Origin: Opitutia bacterium
GTDB taxonomy: Bacteria > Verrucomicrobiota > Verrucomicrobiia > Opitutales > T3Sed10-336
Direction of reading: 5' to 3'
Assembly (NCBI GenBank): GCA_050506795.1
Contig: JBJHCF010000001.1
Coordinates: 128,001-192,000, forward strand
DNA length: 64,000 nucleotides
The notes under the pieces were generated by a model. That model did no database searches and was not told the DNA's origin. It was given only the letters and a program-made list of their open reading frames with translations. How positions within the stretch are numbered: the stretch's first letter is position 1; each line of letters begins with the position of its first letter. Shown here piece after piece: positions 59,749-64,000 of this stretch. The position numbers and the translations under genes are program-made.

Positions 59749-61038
59749 TCACACCAGCGGTGTTTCCCCGGGAACGGCGACAATGGGAGCGGGAAGATCG
59801 GTGAATTCGTAGGTTTCCGGGGTCAGATCGAGTTGCGACGCCTGCATGGCCCAGTTCCAGCTCAATGAGCGTCCGGTATAAGCGCTCATTCGTGCCATGA
59901 TGGCGGTCAGCGAACTCTCGGCGATGCGGACCGCCTCGTTCAGATGTTTGTTATTTCGAATGGCATCGATTTGATCCGCATGCTGTCTAATCACCGGGTC
60001 GGGAGAGGATCCCTGATACCGATAAGGATGTTGCCCCTTGATCTCGGCTTGTCCGAAGTCGAAATACGCCTCGCCCGCAGTGCCGAACAAACGCTGATCG
60101 TTTCGTCCGTGAATGCCATTCATCTGGGCTCCCTTGTAGCTTATCCTGATATCACCGGGATACACGTACTCTACCGCGATGTGATCATACGCGTCTCCGA
60201 AGATGGGATCGGTCCGGGCCTGGCGACCTCCGATGGCGGTGCACTGAATGGGATGACTATTCAGGGCCCAGTTGATCAGATCCAGGTTGTGGACGTGCTG
60301 CTCCACCGGGAAATCCCCTCCCAGCCAGGTATGAAAAAGCCATCGGCGAATCTGCCACTCCATATCCGACCACTCCGGTCTCCGTTCGGCGGGCCCCCAG
60401 GAAGTCAAACCGTCGCCCAGACGGGTGCATTGGCCGCTGGTGATCGTTCCCAGGTCACCATTGTGAATTCGGGGCATCAGTTCCACCAGGGGAGCCAGGC
60501 GTCGCATTTGAGTTCCCGCCACCACGGTGAGTCCCCGGCTATCCGCCAGGGCCGCGGTTTCAATTACCGAACGGACACCCGCCGGATCGACCGCAACCGG
60601 CTTTTCCACAAAGACATGTTTGCCCGCCTCGATGGCTGCCTGGAAATGGCGGGGACGAAAGTGAGGAGGCTGGGTCATCAGGACGAGGTGGACGTCGGTG
60701 GCCAACAGCTCCTGATAGGCATCAAAACCGGAAAAACGCGCCTCCGGGGACACTCGAACCGCCTCCGGGTGGCGGTCGCTCAGGAAATCGACAAAGGAGT
60801 CCAATCGCTCGGGAAAAAGGTCCGCCACGGCGGTGATCACCAGGTTCTCCGCCGATTTGAGGCACTGGTCGGCGATGTATCGGCCGCGGCCGCCACAGCC
60901 GATCACGCCGATGCGAAGGCGATCGGAGCCTGCCGCAAAGACCGCGGGCCGCGCCGCGGATACGGCAAGCGTTCCCGCGGCCGTTATCTTAAGGAAATCT
61001 CGACGAGACAGGGAGGAGGAAGAGGTGCTTTTGGTCAC
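59749..61038 (-). CDS. Tat-exported Gfo/Idh/MocA oxidoreductase
   Basis: SRRDFLK; IGCGGRG; PPHFRP.H; EKPVAVD; EQHVHNLD; GTG start. Confidence 0.92.
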   Translation of the reverse strand: MTKSTSSSSLSRRDFLKITAAGTLAVSAARPAVFAAGSDRLRIGVIGCGGRGRYIADQCLKSAENLVITAVADLFPERLDSFVDFLSDRHPEAVRVSPEARFSGFDAYQELLATDVHLVLMTQPPHFRPRHFQAAIEAGKHVFVEKPVAVDPAGVRSVIETAALADSRGLTVVAGTQMRRLAPLVELMPRIHNGDLGTITSGQCTRLGDGLTSWGPAERRPEWSDMEWQIRRWLFHTWLGGDFPVEQHVHNLDLINWALNSHPIQCTAIGGRQARTDPIFGDAYDHIAVEYVYPGDIRISYKGAQMNGIHGRNDQRLFGTAGEAYFDFGQAEIKGQHPYRYQGSSPDPVIRQHADQIDAIRNNKHLNEAVRIAESSLTAIMARMSAYTGRSLSWNWAMQASQLDLTPETYEFTDLPAPIVAVPGETPLV

Positions 61039-61129
61039 GGGAATCCTTGGTTTCTTTCTGAGAGCGCAGGATTGGTGTTAAAGGCAAAACCGTTCGGCGG
61101 CAATCGAAAAAACCGAAAGGAGCCGTGGG

Positions 61130-62509
61130 TCAGTGTTTCCGAACACACTTGTCGAAGCGTTGGGGGAATCGGTTTTTGGGATCCCATCGTTTTTTGAGTT
61201 CGCGACAGTGTGGCTCGTTGTAGAGGAGATCGAAAACTTCCGGCTCGAACCAGGACGTTGAATACAGCGATTTCCTTCCTCCCAGTTCTGCGGTTTTCTC
61301 TTCGACCATCCGGTCGAAATAGCCTGGAGGATGATTCGAAGGAACGCCTCCCCAGAACCCGAAATTGACGTACAATCTCGCGGGGTCCACCGGGTAGAGG
61401 GGAAACCGGCGACTGACATCCGGCGCGGCCGCCGGACAGATCCAGATGGGCAGGAGACGGACTTCCTTATGCATGAATTCAAGGAATGCCGGAGCGTGAT
61501 CGATTGGTATCTCCACATCCTGGATCACATATTCGACCCCTCGACCAAGAAACGCGAGCAAACCAAGGCGCTGGAGCAGCGCCTTGATTTTCCAGTAGGT
61601 GGTGGAACGCAGCAATCCGAACCGGCGGTAAAGAAATCTGAGAACAGGATTCTCCGCCCCGAAAGCGCGGGAACACCAAAACCAGTCGGTATCCCACCGC
61701 CAAAGGTAGCCTGCGGTTGTAAGCCAATCTTCATCATGCTCTCGCAGGGACCGGTAATAGATCCGTTTGCCGGTGTAGTCGCTGACCCGGGGGGCGGTCT
61801 CGGCCCACTCGCCCGTAGTGAGAATGTACTCTCCTTCGGCGAACACCGATCCGTCGATGAAGGACAGGGCGGAACCTTCCGCGCGATGAGATCGACAGAG
61901 GCGTTCCATTTCTTCGAAGAAAGGGGTCATTTCTTTGAATCGCCGGTGGCGCAGTTTTACATAGGAATGCGTGGGTACAATCCGAATACGCGCTCGAAGA
62001 CAGTATCCCAGGGCGCCATAGGAGCAGGGAAAGGAGAAAAAGAGTTCGCTGTGATTGTCCGGACGACAGGTCGGGCATTCTCCGGTGCCGGTGAGGAGGT
62101 CGAGCTCGGAAACCGTTTCATGGACGAATCCGTAGCGAAAGGACGAGGACTCGATTCCTCCGCCTGAAATGGCGCCGCCGACGGTGATGGATTTCAGTTC
62201 GGGGACGACAGCGGGCATAAACCCGTAGGGGAGGAGGGTGGCGACCACCGTTTCGTAGGTGGCCATGCCTTCCACGTCCGCCCAACCCTGTGCCGGATCG
62301 ATGCACAAAACGCGGTTGAAGGAGCGCAGGTCCAAATAGCGGCGTGCGGCACCGGCGCGGGAACGAAAAAGATTAGAAGTGGATTTTTTCAGACGAAACG
62401 GCTCGCCCGCCTGGTCCAATTCGCGGAATCGTTCCAGCAAGGCGGTCTTGCGTGCCTCGTAATCGGCATAGGCGGCTGCGGAGGCGTCGGATCCGGGTGT
62501 GAGTGACAT
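61130..62509 (-). CDS. FAD-binding oxidoreductase (DHCR24-like; TmsA/BfaA-like methylene reductase)
   Basis: KSTSNLFR, VVPELKSITVGGA..GIESSSFRYG, SYGALGY, YLWRWDTDWFWCSRAFGA, QDVEIP, YVNFGFW, KSLYS. Confidence 0.85.
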   Translation of the reverse strand: MSLTPGSDASAAAYADYEARKTALLERFRELDQAGEPFRLKKSTSNLFRSRAGAARRYLDLRSFNRVLCIDPAQGWADVEGMATYETVVATLLPYGFMPAVVPELKSITVGGAISGGGIESSSFRYGFVHETVSELDLLTGTGECPTCRPDNHSELFFSFPCSYGALGYCLRARIRIVPTHSYVKLRHRRFKEMTPFFEEMERLCRSHRAEGSALSFIDGSVFAEGEYILTTGEWAETAPRVSDYTGKRIYYRSLREHDEDWLTTAGYLWRWDTDWFWCSRAFGAENPVLRFLYRRFGLLRSTTYWKIKALLQRLGLLAFLGRGVEYVIQDVEIPIDHAPAFLEFMHKEVRLLPIWICPAAAPDVSRRFPLYPVDPARLYVNFGFWGGVPSNHPPGYFDRMVEEKTAELGGRKSLYSTSWFEPEVFDLLYNEPHCRELKKRWDPKNRFPQRFDKCVRKH

Positions 62510-62574
62510 GGAAAAAGGGGATCCGTTTTTATTATCGGTTGAAGGTGGCCATGGCGAGTGCCGGATCAAGGGTC

Positions 62575-63693
62575 TCACCGGGGCGCGGTGTAACCGCCGG
62601 GGAGTCCGGATTTGGAGAAGACGAGTTGCCAGAGTTGGAGTTCCCGTGCGCGAAAGGCCCCGGCGCAGGAAAGCAGATAGTAGCGCCACATGCGGCGGAA
62701 TCGTTCCCCGTATCGTGAGGCGAAGCGAGGCCAGGCGCGCTCAAAATTTTCGTACCAGGCTGTCAGGGTGGGATCGTAATCCACCCCGAAATTGTGCAGG
62801 TCCTGGATGAGCAGGTTCCCTTCCGCCGCCCGGGTGAGCTGAGGCAGGGAAGGCAACATGCCGCCGGGAAAAATGTAACGGGTGATCCAGGGGTCGCTCC
62901 AGGTTTTGGTCAGGGGGGTTCCGATGGTGTGAAGCAGCGCCAGTCCGTCGTCTTTGAGACATCGCGCTTTGAGCGCCAGGAACTTCCCGAGGTTTGCCAA
63001 CCCCACATGTTCGCAGAGGCCGATAGAGACGACTTTATCGTACAGCCCGGATGCGTCACGATAATCCTTGAGGTGAAAGGTCACCGGTAGATCCGCGGCG
63101 TGTTTTCTCGCCCACGTCACCTGCTGTTCGGATATATTGTAGACCGTTACCGAGACACCGTACTTGGCCGCAGCGTATCGGGCGAAGCCCCCCCATCCGC
63201 CTCCCAGTTCGAGAACGCTTTCCCCGGACCGAAGGCGCAGCTTGCGGCAAATGAGGTCCAATTTGGCTTCCTGGGCGGCCTCCAGGGTTTCGGCCTCTTT
63301 CCAGTAACCGCACGTGTACTGCATCCATTGCGGGTCGAGCATGGCTTCGTAGAAATCATTCCCGATGTCATAGTGGATGTTAGCTACCCTGCGCGAGAGG
63401 CGCCGGTTCTGCTGATTCACCAGTGTCGAAAGCAGCCGCTGAACGATGGGGCGGCGCTTTCGCAGGGAGAGCTGCATGCGACACCGAATGATGCGGGCGA
63501 AGAACTCGTCGAGTGCCTCCACTTCCCACCAGCCGTCCATGTAAGACTCGCCGGCGGCGAGCGATCCCCCGGTCAATACTCGGCTGTACGTATCCGAATG
63601 ATGGATTTTTATATCCCAGGGACGCGAACCATTGACTTCAATTTCCGCAGGTTCCAGCAGGGTGCGAAACGTCTTTTCGGCTTGGGTTTTCAT
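62575..63693 (-). CDS. cfa: cyclopropane-fatty-acyl-phospholipid synthase family SAM methyltransferase
   Basis: HYDIGNDFY, MQYTCGYW, AQEAKL, GGGWGG, EHVG, YIFPGG, RMWRYYL. Confidence 0.9.
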   Translation of the reverse strand: MKTQAEKTFRTLLEPAEIEVNGSRPWDIKIHHSDTYSRVLTGGSLAAGESYMDGWWEVEALDEFFARIIRCRMQLSLRKRRPIVQRLLSTLVNQQNRRLSRRVANIHYDIGNDFYEAMLDPQWMQYTCGYWKEAETLEAAQEAKLDLICRKLRLRSGESVLELGGGWGGFARYAAAKYGVSVTVYNISEQQVTWARKHAADLPVTFHLKDYRDASGLYDKVVSIGLCEHVGLANLGKFLALKARCLKDDGLALLHTIGTPLTKTWSDPWITRYIFPGGMLPSLPQLTRAAEGNLLIQDLHNFGVDYDPTLTAWYENFERAWPRFASRYGERFRRMWRYYLLSCAGAFRARELQLWQLVFSKSGLPGGYTAPR

Positions 63694-63829
63694 AGTACCG
63701 CGAGTGAAAAGTCATTCTTAGAGCTCCCGGGACTCAATCACTTTGCCCCACCGAACGCAAGAGCGCGGAATCGCGATTGCCACCGGCAACGCGATCTCTC
63801 AAATTGAATTTGTCTTTGGAGCCACGAAA

Positions 63830-64000
63830 CTAGCCCTGGTCTCTCGTTTCGTGATCGTTTTGCCGGGAGCGGGCCATCTGTTTGGCCTTGAATGCCGGAC
63901 TGATTGCGATGAGAACCAAACCGACGAGAATGAGGGGAATTCCGAGAGGCAGGCCGATTAGGGTAAATGAGATTAACACTCCGGTGACCAGGCATGCGGC
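63830..64000 (-). CDS. small membrane protein, partial (5' end outside window)
   Basis: Hand translation AACLVTGVLISFTLIGLPLGIPLILVGLVLIAISPAFKAKQ...DQG* with two hydrophobic segments. Confidence 0.55.
   Translation of the reverse strand, partial: AACLVTGVLISFTLIGLPLGIPLILVGLVLIAISPAFKAKQMARSRQNDHETRDQG

Noticed and set aside
62510..62689. N-terminal extension of the FAD oxidoreductase overlapping cfa
   Set aside because: Non-conserved-looking sequence; ATG 62509 gives a normal-length protein.
1..64000. CRISPR arrays, tRNA/rRNA, IS elements, prophage or defence systems
   Set aside because: No spaced direct repeats, structural RNA signatures, transposase, integrase or defence motifs were seen.

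Overview
A GC-rich bacterial window, most likely from a polysaccharide-degrading Verrucomicrobiota (Opitutia-like) organism; the taxonomy is inferred from gene content, not proven. About 45 CDS can be supported. No rRNA, tRNA, CRISPR array or transposase was seen. The standout feature is missing from the supplied ORF track because it runs off the left edge: a >784-aa minus-strand gene (2353 to <1) that encodes a clear homologue of plant/algal phosphoglucan, water dikinase (PWD/GWD3). It has an intact phospho-His motif, and a metal-binding xylose-isomerase/AP-endonuclease-2-type TIM barrel sits where plants have the CBM20 module. Other notable loci are: (i) a KaiA-less kaiC-kaiB-PAS hybrid histidine kinase operon; (ii) a DoxX / Tat-Gfo-Idh-MocA / discoidin lipoprotein / GT2 / GT-C (TIGR03663-like) / ApbE cluster; (iii) a hoxEFUYH-hoxW bidirectional NiFe hydrogenase operon running into ppdK; (iv) a cfa-like methyltransferase plus FAD reductase pair resembling 10-methyl fatty acid synthesis; (v) many CAZymes (GH2, GH39-like, GH127, a GH10-GH43 fusion, CE12, a YetA/RGLX-like lyase candidate) and L-rhamnose isomerase; (vi) an internally deleted CE12 pseudogene and a nested REP-like palindrome cluster. 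All family assignments come from motif recognition by eye; no database search was run.
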